A stretch of DNA of 64,000 nucleotides, from NCBI GenBank assembly GCA_051294905.1, contig CM119378.1, positions 3,970,001 through 4,034,000 on the forward strand. The letters run 5' to 3'. A program made the position numbers and the translations under genes. Shown in pieces: positions 1 to 11,600 of the stretch; the first letter of the stretch is position 1, and each line of letters opens with the position of its first letter. The stretch is from Botryllus schlosseri (Eukaryota). The notes beneath the pieces are model-generated. The model saw nothing but the letters and a program-made list of their open reading frames with translations. It was not told where the DNA came from and ran no database searches.

Positions 1-59
1 CGGTCGCTATTTCACGGATATCTTACCGTTTTCCACTTTGATCGATACATCTTCTACAG

Positions 60-3000
60 TCGATAGAACGCTTGATATCGGAACTGCAGTCGCGAAAGAA
101 ATATTTGATTGAGGAAGTAGACGCGTTGGTGGCCATAGAAAGCAACGACAAGCACAAAGTTCGGCAAACTATAAAAGTGAGTAAATCCACGAAAAAAAAA
201 CATCGGTAACGCCACAAAAATCAAAAACCTTCTCAGTTCACGACTGGCGACGAAAATGTCGTGCTTTCCGCAATACGCAATTTCGGTGTCGTTTCCGCGC
301 ATCCAGAGCTCACATTGAGGGATGACTTGGCCATGGGAGGGGTCGCAAGAGGCACGAATGGCGGCCCGCGGACATCAGGTTTGCTCGGATTTTGTTTTCG
401 CATACTTAGATTTTGTTCAAAATGGCACCATTACATAGTTTTTGAATGGATTTTCAAAGTAGTCAAAATTTTGTGAAAAGGAACAATGATGTGCAATTTC
501 ATAGAACCAATATTATTCATAAAGCTGTAAAGCAGCAGAACGCATGCAGAGCAATGCAGTAGGTTGTAGCCAGAAACTAGCTTATAACTTGCTATAAGGC
601 GTCGTGTTGCTTCATCGATGCTTCAGTCCGGTACATTAGGCTACCAACTTACACAGATGACACGGTATGACATGTTTCATCACAGTAAATAGGGGTCAGC
701 AAAACATTTGGAATCATCGTATCGTAATCTAGCATATAACTATCGTAACGTCATCTAGCAGCACATGGCGTATTCTCATCTAAATATAACGGACTGTTTT
801 AGCAGACCACCATTGAAGCTTTCTGGACAAAATACAGGAAACATGTTCCGTTTTTAGAATATTGTATTGTTATTTCTTTTTATGCGCGGTATCAGCAACC
901 TTGAGTACTTGTATTTATATTGAGTTTTTTTAAAAAGCACATAATTGCAGTGTTGGGATCAAGTCACTACCTTCGAGTCAAAAGTCATCTCAAGTCATTG
1001 CACATTGTGACTCGAATCAAGTCATGTCAGTCGATTTTTCAAGGTGACTCGAGTCAATTGTCAAGCCAAGTCACTCGATTCATGGAGGTCAAATCATGAG
1101 TCAAGTCACAATTCAAGTCGAGTCGTCTTTTTGAAGCACGAGGTGTAATTAAATCATTGTATTCGCCATCGAGGATCCAATTTAGAATTGAATAGACATG
1201 CAAAAAGGTGTGGATAGCCAGAGGTGGTCGAAGTAGTCAAGAAAGCTACTCAAATAGAAGTAGAAGTAGCGACGCAAAAATCTACTCAAGTACGAGTAGA
1301 AGTAGTCCTTTAAAAGCAGCCCAAAACTACTTGAAGTAGAAGTAGTATCGACTGACTTTAAATCAACTCAAGTAAGTAAGTAGTTGTCAAAACGATCGTA
1401 ATTCGCTCGCATAGACTGTCAAAAGCTGCAAATTGAGGTATACGAAAGGTGCAGAACTTGATTAATATTGATGCATCCCAGAAGGTATAAATTGTTGACA
1501 GCATGAGCATTGAGCATTCGTCCACATCATTGGATGAAAATAATAGCATTGATATGGGACTGCGATACTAATCCTCTGTTTACTTGAACACCCCGATTCA
1601 GAAAATATCATGGTATGGCGCCCTCCCGCATATTTAAGACTCGTAGTGTGGTCGAAGTGGTGTCGGATACGGTGTTACCACTTTGTGCGATTAGTAAACG
1701 TAAAGATAAAATATGGCTGATCGTAAAAATTCCATATAGTTTAGCTTTATTTTAGGAAAATAGAGGCATTGCTACACTTGCTTCTATACTTCAACATGTA
1801 TGTTCTCCTGACAAAAGAACTGAAACTAATTAGAACTCAATATGATACTGGGAATTGAAAGAGAAGTATAAATACTACTTCTAAAAAGCGGAAAATATAT
1901 TTCATGTTTTTTGTCCAGAAAGTTTCAGCAGTGGTCTGCTAAAACAGGTGTAAAGCTAAGAAAAAGTCAGAGTCACCTTTACCGGATTAGGACATGTCAT
2001 GGGCTGATAGGTTACGATAAAATAGGTAAATGCTAGACTGCCAAATGGTAGTTTGAAACGCCATGGAGGATTATATTCATTGTGATAAAATACTTCATAT
2101 GGGCGACAATGCGGTGTGAACGGAACCAGGTAACCCGCTACCTAAATGATATTCACCGATCGTTCGTGTAATCATATTGGTCTACAGTGCGCGAAGCAAC
2201 TTTTATGAAAATCAAATGTTGATACTGAGCCCCGAAATTTCCCAGGCTATCTTTCTGATTGGAGGATTAAACTACTTCTACCTGACAAACTGAAAATAGC
2301 GAAAAGTAAGTAAGTAGATGACAAAATATTACGAAGTAGAAGTAGAAGTAGCGGTAGATTAGATCTACGTGAGTACTTCAAACAGTAGAAGTACTTCGTT
2401 ACTGACCACCTCTGTAGAAAGCTCATGGATACATTGCTATTATAGTGCTTTCCTACTACTACGACTACTACGGCAACGTACGCTGAAGCTCCAATCACTT
2501 CGTTTGTGGTCAATTTATATGTGATAGAACAATGGAGGTTCAGTAAAAGGCAAAATCATTGAATGAATGAAATTGGTCGCTCTCACAGGTCACACCATCA
2601 TATCGAGAATAATCAGAACATATGAAAGATATAGCCATTTTTATCGACCCCGATTACTTGATGACTTGAAATTGTCTCGTAAAGTTTGCTCCGAGTCACG
2701 AGTCAATCCACGTTTTTGAAACGCCGGGTCAAGTCAAGTCATTTTTGCAAAGTGACTCGAGTCAACTCAAGTCATACGAAAAAGGTGACTCGAGTCATCC
2801 TAACACTGCATAGTGCATACATGTTGACGTATGAAACTATATGTGAAGTGTATTTTCTCTATTTTCCGGAAGTACATTTCAACGTTAATGGCATTTTCCC
2901 AATCAAATGCCAATGTTTTAGCGCTTTGTTACTGTTTTTTTCTCGGGTCTCGTATCGTATTTTGACATTTTCGTTTCTTTTTTTGCGAATAAAGGTGCTG

Positions 3001-6000
3001 TCAGAATATAGCCCATGTCACCGTAACCGTCCTATTACGTATTATGTATAGGCTTGATAATGAGACTTTCAAGTCGAAAAATATGCCTGGATTTGGAACT
3101 AATATTTTGGCATCATTTAACTAGTTCTCCTGTAAACGAATAAAAGGTTTAAATCCAGCCCAAGACCCAAGTTGAGTTTGCCAACCCTGCTCTAGAGACA
3201 CGCCCGCGAAGGTGCTGACCTTTATTATTAATCAGATCAGTGCGCAGGAACACTGGCCTGCTTTAGCAGAGAATAAATACGAAATTTTCACAAAGTAGTA
3301 GTAACTATAGTGATGAATCTTTATGGTTCACTCTGGTACTTGCCGCGCGCTGAAAAGGTTTCACAAGCACGCCACAACAACTTTAACTGTAGTCCGCATC
3401 AATATATGTCCAAAACACTGAGATGTACCGTTTAGCTTTGAACTAATAGTCCGTACCATTTGCATCATAGAATTGAATTAGTCTGGTTACTTTCAGTATT
3501 ATCTCATAACGCTAGCTGATTAACATCACAGAATCAATGGCAGAACGGGGTCAAGATAAAAATATTGGGGTCGCTGATGTCATGCCTACATCAACATCAC
3601 CCGGAACAAGCGGTGAGTAGGCTTAATGCCTGTACTTGATATTCATACCAATATTTTCCGTATAACCGTTGTCAGTTTACCAAACACAACATATTTTGCT
3701 CGCTGCGTCGATACCAAACCGAAAGGTTTCGAGAATTCCGAAAGAATCGATATTATTTCACGATAATGTATGGAACGTTGCACGCATTACAATAATCATG
3801 TTTGTCTTAGGATGCGCAACTTTGGCCGGAGGTGAGAATGTCAATCAAAAGATCACAAAGAGCTCGGTTAGTGTCGTGGCCAGAGACCAGATCAATGTTG
3901 TCTACAACATCACCAGTTTTGAAGGAAAAGCAAGTCCAGCGAACCAACGTGAGTGTATTGCTTTTTTGTTCAATACGGATACGGAGCTTCAACTGCAGAG
4001 AATTGTCTACTTCAGTGCTTATCAACCTTTTTAAGCACCATCCGCAAATATTTTTTATACGCACAAACCAACCGAAAATTGTTACACAAAAGGCGGCCAA
4101 ATAAGTATTGGGTTTCTTATAAGAGCTTCTAGTGCTGGGATGGCCAGGACTTCGTAGGAAACATCCAGCACTACTATGCTAAATATAGCTTATTTGTCGT
4201 GAGTGAAAAATGCTTGCTGGAAGAAATCCTTTTTAAGAGTACGACACAAAGGTATTGGAGGCTCGAGTTGGTCGAAGGGGTGCATAATCCACATGTATAT
4301 TTTAATGCTTCTGACTGATGTCTAGATAAATAAGCTCTAAAGCTATCAATGAGAGTAGGCACATAAGAGCTCGCCACCTTGTGATTCGCTGCTTTCACTT
4401 GTGATTTATTTTAATTTCTTGTTTTCTGTCTCGCGGGTAAATGAGAAGAGCATGTTGTACTTCAGTCAAAACGCCGTTCACTGCCGTGTCGACGCCGGTT
4501 CGTCGAAAGGGAGATTTAGGTCAACTTTCAAAGGTAAACTCAAAGGTCAAAAGTCAACTTTCCGGCTCAACTCCCGAAATACAGTTCTTTCTTTTTTCTT
4601 TGGTTGACTAAAAAAATCGTTATTTACGTTCTAACCACGAGTTTCCTATTTAGCGTCATTTATGCCCCTTTTCACTCGAATCCATCCACTATCTTAGCTC
4701 TAGAAGCTGTAGAGGAGGACGAATTGCCAAAATGGAGGACATTTAGGCGTCCTCGGAGGACAATTTCAAAAAACCTGAAAAAGGATGACGTATGGCAACC
4801 CTACATGATTGAAAGTCAGAAAAGTCACCATATTGCACAGAGCCAATGTGTTTGTGACGTTAACTTTTTTTTGAGTGGACATGGAAAGGCTGGAAGTCCG
4901 TCTCGCAAATCTTCAAAGCTGTGATTGAAACTATACAGTCGCAATCGCTGCTTATGGAAGACTTGTTGCCAGCAGATGGGTATATGAATAGGTGATTACA
5001 AGAAAATTCAAAAGTGACCCGATTGATTTAAGTTTGTCGTGGTAGGCAAGTGAGTGGGGAAGATTATTGGTTGGTTTAACAAAGAAGTCACCAGTTCTGA
5101 AAAGATAATGCTGCTCCGTTCGCCACTGACAGTGAGGAGGTGTCGTATGTTGTCGCTGGGTACATTGTTACTGGGTAAGCAGGAAATATATATTGAATGG
5201 TTTTGCCGGGCGCTTTGATTGTTATGATCGCTGTTTGAAATTGGCGAGCCGAGTCATGACCAGAGTATTCACAACCCCCGGAAAACAATGCTTGGTAATT
5301 AGCATAGTATCAATCTTGAGGCATAGGCCTACGTTATACGTATGTGTCATATTTATGATTTGCAGATATGAAACTCGTACCATCGGCCGAAATACTGATA
5401 GAAAGGATGGAAGGAGTCATGAAAATTCAGGACCCTGTTGAAGACGGTCCGCAGACATCAGGTTTGCGTGATGAGTTCTTGTAATTAATTGAGACTTATT
5501 TTTGGAGCTCATGCATGCTGGCGGACGTATGCAACTAAGTGAATTATTGTCTTTATTTTCCAGAAGTAAAATTGAACGTAAATTGCATTTTGCCCATCAA
5601 CCATTTATAATTTGCGTACTACTCACGCAAAGTGTTAATGCGGCATTCGATACCTCCTCTCCGTATCGCCGATTGTTCCAATATCAGGAGGGCGTATGAT
5701 AGTAGGGGAGACCGGGGACAATTGTAACACTTTTTGTATTTTCTAATATTACGTGTTTTTCTCATGGAAATTTCATTTTCAAAGTTTTATATAAAGAAGC
5801 CAACAACTCGATAGTTGATATAACAACTAAAATCGAACTCAATCAACAATCAATCATGGATATTTTGGGTCGCGAAAATCACCGCTGAAATGTTACAATC
5901 GCCCCGTACCCAGGGGCAATTGTACCACCCATGCGAGGCAATTATATATTAGTTTTATTTATAACTAAAAACAAACGAATTGAACAACGAAAACCGGAGC

Positions 6001-8687
6001 ACAGATTGTATTATTGCATCAAACTAAAGAAGGACAAGTTTGAACGCTTCCAGGCTGCGGCCCATCGCATTTTTGGCATCTGAATCCAGTACCACCCTTT
6101 ATGCCCTCTTCATGAGGTTACAGTGTACAAGAAACACATTCATTCCATCATCTCCCTACACATATTCGGCCTCTTTTACCAAGGTTCTGTTGTTCAGCGT
6201 GCATAATGGATTGGTCATTCGGCCACCTGCGAAGGTGCGAAACCGAGCTGACTAACATATCTTGGTTGGCCGGTGATAGTGTAACAAAACGAGGACACAG
6301 CATTGTGCGGCGTCAAAGCTATAATGACATTCCTCTGTTTTTTATTTGTACAAAATTAAAATAAATAGTTCGCACCGAATGACAATATGTATGTGGGCCA
6401 TGATCAGAGTCAGGGGATAAGGATTCAGTCATGGCCAAGTTCAAATCGCTGTGAAGGTTGACACACCAAAAGTCGATGAACATGAGAAAGGGTGGTTGAA
6501 TCACGGAAATAGCCGAGCCGTAAGATTCACATCACCACTTATGGCCGTTCCCACAGATGTTACGGTGAGATTATTTTGCTGTTGAAAATTGAAACCGTCG
6601 CAGCTTTTTGATTCAAAGTATTTCATTTATCCATGATTCATGGGAAAAGGTATCATGAAATAAGGAATTAATACAATTCGAGACTTGAGTCACCTCGATA
6701 GTACAAAACATAAAGTCACTCTCCACCTACACCGACAGCATAGCTCAGTTTTCCGTTTTTTGGCTGTGTTCGAGAGTGATTATCTCATATTTATCACTTG
6801 CAGATACGGCAGTCATTTCATCGGCCAGAGAGCTGCTGAAAAATCAGGACTCTGATGAACTGATTGAAAGTGATTCGCGTGAAGGGGGTTCGCGAACATC
6901 AGGCTCGCGATCCTGGTTCGGCGCGTTCTCAAAACGATTCTCTTCAAAACGACAGCCTGCGGAAGAATCGGACGCGGCAGAAGCCTTGCAGAGATATCGA
7001 AACAAAGGAAAAGTGAAAAAGTGATTCGTTTTAGTTCCGCCATAAAGCCTAAAATCAAAACGTTGAAATCTAATCTATTGGCAGGTATTTGGGGACGAGA
7101 GGCAATGACGTAGGACAGATGGATGGTCCACAAGGCATTTCCTCAACAGCCTCCGATGATATCGTGGTCGCAGATGACTCCAACAATCGGATTCAGGTTC
7201 GTTGTTTTCTTTCAACATAGTGTCCTATATGGTCTCGACACAGGCAAATCTCACGACTCAGTGAAATTGATTCACGTCACAATTTCCATTTGGCTACAGG
7301 CAATTTGACGGTCATTTTTGACCAGCATGCCGAGCATTAAATTTGGTAAAACGGATATCTATCGAAAGCTGACTCTGTACTGATTACGAAAATATAAATT
7401 TTATTCCGCTCGTGACCCTGGAACTCCCACAATCAGCCTCGCATTTTTCATTGTTATGGAGATTGGCATTGGGACGCAACAATGCTGTCTGGCTCTTTTT
7501 CTCTTGAGCTACTCTCTCGTTTCGCCAGACAGCATTGTTACGTCCTGAGCTACTCTCTCGTTTCGCCAGACTCTCTCGTTGTGTCCGATTGCCAATCTCC
7601 ATAACAATGAAAAATTCGAGGCTGGTTGTGGGAGTTCCAGGGCCACGAGCGGAATAATATTTATATTTTCGTAATCAGTGCAGAGTCAGCTTTCGATTGA
7701 TATCCGTTTTCCCAAATTTAATGCTCGGCAAGCCGGTCAAAAATGACCGTCAAATTGCCTGTAGCCAAATGGAAATTGTGACGTGAATCAATTTCCCGGA
7801 GCCGTGAGATTTGCTTGTGTCGACACCATATAGGACACTATGGTTTCAACTACTCTTGTATGGTTCAACATTCGTGTTTCAAGATCTTCGACGTGAACGG
7901 ACAAGTGAAGGGAGCCTTCGGGAGCTACGGAATGTCAGAAGGTCAATTCGATAGAGCGTTTGACGTGTGCGTAACGTCACGTGGACGGATTGTCGCCTCG
8001 GACCATCAAAATGACCGAATCCAAATATTCGACGAACAAGGAAGATTCGTTCGGGAGTTCGGTAGCGAAGGATCAGGTGACGTGTGCGTGACGTCACAGT
8101 CGTCGGTGATAGTGATGTCGATTTCGGTTCAGGAGATGGACAACTGAACCGACCTAGCGGAGTAGCAACGGACGACAAGGGTTTGATCTACGTTTGTGAC
8201 TGGAGCAATCGCCGAGTTCAAGTATTCTCGGAGGAGGGGAAGTTCGTTCGGAAGTTCGGTTCGGTCGAAAAGCGTTTCCAAAAACCGAATTATCTTTCCG
8301 TGACTTCAAATGGCAGAGTACGTGGGTTGTTACTTCCATTTGAACTCACGTGAGGTTTTACGCTTTTCGCAGGTCGTCGTCAGTGACTCCAACAATAACA
8401 GAGTTGTGGTTTGCGACTCGTACGGCCGCCATCTTGTCCAGGTCGGAACGAACGGGTCTCAGTTCAAGAAACCGCGAGGTGTCGCCACAGATGATCACGG
8501 CAACATTATCGTGTGTGACGGCAACAACCGGGCTCAGGTTTTCACGAGCGACGGAGAGTTCGTGTCTTGCTTTGGTAGCGAGGGTTCTAAGCCGGGCCAG
8601 ATGAAGAATCCGCAAGGAGTTTGCGTTCTATCAGACGGAGGAATCGCGGTCTGTGACTGGGGCAACAGCAGAGTACAAATCTTTTGA
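60..8687 (+). CDS. Coiled-coil + NHL-repeat (6-blade) TRIM-NHL-like protein, copy A (5' end lies outside the window)
   Basis: GT-AG exons with consistent phases and no stops: 60-176, 237-378, 3532-3612, 3811-3948, 5366-5461, 6804-7020, 7085-7196, 7884-8076, 8133-8317, 8373-8687 (TGA). The first exons give a BBC-like coiled coil (SIERLISELQSRKKYLIEEVDALV...FTTGDENVVLSAIRNFGVV). The last four give six NHL repeats (e.g. GQLNRPSGVATDDKGLIYVCDWSNRRVQVF, ending CDWGNSRVQIF). The same splice sites are conserved in the paralog. Confidence 0.85.
948..2808 (+). mobile_element. Non-autonomous hAT-type element (CAGTGTTGGGAT TIR, GAGTC/AAGTC subterminal repeats)
   Basis: Ends CAGTGTTGGGAT...ATCCTAACACTG. 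The paralogous copy at 35838-37682 has a near 8-bp TSD (CATGCATG/CATGGATG). Insertion predates the duplication. Confidence 0.8.
1219..2414 (+). mobile_element. Nested hAT-type element (CAGAGGTGGTC TIR, AGTAGA repeats)
   Basis: CAGAGGTGGTC...GACCACCTCTG with AAGTAG arrays at both ends. Further copies at 36134-37312, from 24200 (truncated) and from 13441. Confidence 0.8.
5701..6540 (-). mobile_element. Tc1/mariner pogo/Tigger-like remnant
   Basis: Begins TAGTAGGGGAGACCGGGGACAATTGTAAC (pogo-like end) and is absent from copy C. A degraded Cys-rich PHD-like peptide (ECVSC...RCQKCDG) lies on the minus strand near 6050-6150. The right boundary is approximate. Confidence 0.45.
7216..7842. mobile_element. 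Foldback MITE, P/Galileo-like, in an NHL intron
   Basis: Near-palindrome CATAGTGTCCTATATGGT...ACCATATAGGACACTATG with a 7-bp TSD (CTTTCAA/GTTTCAA). The empty site is at ~44864 in copy C. Same TIR family as 26389-34148. Confidence 0.9.
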
Positions 8688-11600
8688 GAAGCCAGATTCG
8701 AACGGGGCATGTTCCAATTCCAAGTTCTATTTGTTCACGTTTTCGCACGATGGTTTTAATTAGGCTATATAGCCAGGGTATGGTATGGTATGGAATATGG
8801 AAATGTACAAGTATGGTAGTATGGTATGGTATAAAAATTTCCCAAGTATGGTATGGAATTATTTCTCCATACTTCCATACTTCTTCCATAATTTGACAGT
8901 TTTACCAAAACCATGACAATGATCCTACATTCGATTTGTTCAATTGATTGCTGGCCGCAGAAAATCGCTCACTGTGTATTTTCATATCTCAAATTGAAAT
9001 TCATGACTCACCCATCGCGGTCGACATCGATTTGAAGACAAAATTGTTGCGCAACGCGCATATGAAGGAAACTCATATAAATGATAATTATTCCAATCTA
9101 AACATCATAAAAACGAATGATATTCGACCGCTGGCGCGCTAGAACTTGGACTTCGTTTCCCGTAACTTCCACCCGTAAACTACCAAGGGAGTTTTAAAAT
9201 CGTATGCACTCTGAGAATGTAGAAGTTACATGAATATGGGTATCAGTTTGTTGAACTTGGAAATAATTTTCTGCGCTTTCGTAGGATGATCATCACGCAA
9301 TTTCTATTTGACAGAACCATCACGGTTATTCAAAAATATGTAGCCTGTCTTGATGCGACGCTGTAAGTTGAAGAAACCTGGTTATCTCTGATAAAAAATG
9401 GACACCCTGAGGTTGGCTCTATTAAAATACGATTTTGTACTCCATCGATGCAGCTGACCAGATGATCCGTAAGGATCGTATCGCTGCAACCTGGATTTTA
9501 TTTTTTCAGTGTAGTTTTTCTCAATAACAACTGTCTCTGTTTCTTTGTGTGATGCACAGTCATACTCTAGCAGTTTAGCTTGCTAGATCAACCAATCGGG
9601 CGTCGTCAGCGTCACTCCCCGGCCCGCTGACGACAGCCCGCCGAGAATCCCTGTTAGACAATGATCTTCTTATTGCAACCTTGTATTAACCTCGGATGCA
9701 AACGACTGGTACCTCAGGTCACCAGGATGGGCTCCCCGCAGCTCCAACACATCTGAGAATGTAGTTACTCCCGCGTTTACCCACATTTTTACTGTTTTTC
9801 TTTTGCTATAACTAGTTTTGTGATCACAGTAGAAAAGACTTTCTTCTTAGGATTTATATAAACATGATGTTTCTGCAGCTTTTGAGCTATATATCATGAC
9901 TCTACAACCAGTGGTTGCCGAGATATGCAATTTAACCCCTCGTGCGCAGAAATTGGGGGGTTGTTAGCTGGAAAATGAGGGCAACCCCTAAATTCAATTT
10001 TTATTGAAGTTTCAGGTCATTTGTCGGGATTGAAGAACCCCCTTCTTTCGATTTAAAAAAAAACAGTAATTTTCACTCCACCCTGAATGAAAACTAAAGC
10101 AGATGATCTAAAAGGCAAGCTACAAAATGAGGTGGCATGTGGCGGAATGCGAGAGCGATGTTAGGTCGTGGTCCGGCAATCCTGAAGGCTGACTAGTAAT
10201 CATTTAGAAGAAATTGCTCATATTTCGACTTAAATGCGGACATGCTCGACGACTGTCGAATAGGGCTGGGCAAAATCGGGTACCTGAGTGGTTCGATTCT
10301 GAATCACGTAATATGCTCCGAGTCGAGTCGAGTAATCGAGTATCACCCATTATGACGTCATAACAGAATGTAATACGTCAAAGCTCAAATATGTAACGTA
10401 TATGCCACCACAAAGAATATAATGCCTGTTATAGGGCTGGGCACAATGATTCGAGTACTCGAATCGGAATCGAGTATTAATTTAAAATGATTCGAGTCGA
10501 GTAGTAAAAGACGATATTTTCGAGTAGGCCTACTGAAATTATACGTTTACCTTTTACGTACATAATTATCTGCATTCACACAGATATCAATACCACTAAT
10601 GATAACAATTCAAAATCGTTGCTGACACATTTCAATCACATCCCTTCTTCACACGCTAACGGGACACAGTCGCCCAGTGCTGATTGCATAATATGCTGAC
10701 ATTTTCATCAACAAGTTAGAAATCAATGGAATTATATATACGCATTGAGCTATATGCAGCATGGGTCGCGCGTGTTGGCTACATGAGGTAACAAAATGCT
10801 CGAGCTGTGACAATAGGAAAATGCTTAGACATTGCTCTGCATCTAAAAATTACGGCTCTCATTCACGGATTCCAAAATATGATATTTACCAACGAAAACC
10901 CTGCTGTTGCGGGCAAGGACCACCTTCTTCCTATTCGCTGAATATCATCTACTACATGGGTTGATCAATCCACAGTATATGGTAAATCCAGATTTCACTA
11001 CTCGACTTTTTAGCCTCGACCCTCAGATTTTCATTCGCATCATATAGACCCCTTGGACGGTATACCGCGACCTTCCGACGGGTTCACTGACCTCACAATA
11101 GGAATTTAGCGTTGCGCACTTGTTTTTAGCTTCATGCAGACTCATTTCAATACTTGACATTTCTATCTAAAACTTTCATAAAAATCTATATGTTGAAATA
11201 GCCTTATTTTTGGCATTTTAAAATTTTTATTTTTGGCAGTTTTGGCATTTGGTTCCCGAAATGCCAAAAATAACACGGCCTGATGTTAAGGCCTATATGA
11301 CCGGGGAAGCATCTTAATTCGCGCCTCCCATCAATTTGTTTTACTACGCTGCCGTTGTAGAATCCTACAACAAAACCGATTTTCACATACCTTGGCAATT
11401 TTGATGAGGTTTCTGGTACCCTGACTATGATATTATTTGAGGTTTCAGAGTTATTGCGATAATAGCGATCGACTGATAGCGTTTAGTAATAATGGTAAGC
11501 TCGGGTCTTACCCAGCAGTAGGACCAATAGGCAACCCGCAACTTCAGTACGAGTGAGCGTTCTTGGTGCGGAGGTTGGCTTTGGAGTTTGCACCTCACTC

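Noticed and set aside
948..1400. Regular GAGTCAAGTC and AGTAGA repeats resembling a CRISPR or iteron array
   Set aside because: No constant repeat-spacer period. They are subterminal repeats of TIR/TSD-bounded hAT elements in eukaryotic DNA.
8775..8890. TATGG pentamer run after the NHL stop codon
   Set aside because: Probably a decayed MITE end shared by both copies. No clear TIR pair or TSD, so it is not listed as a feature.
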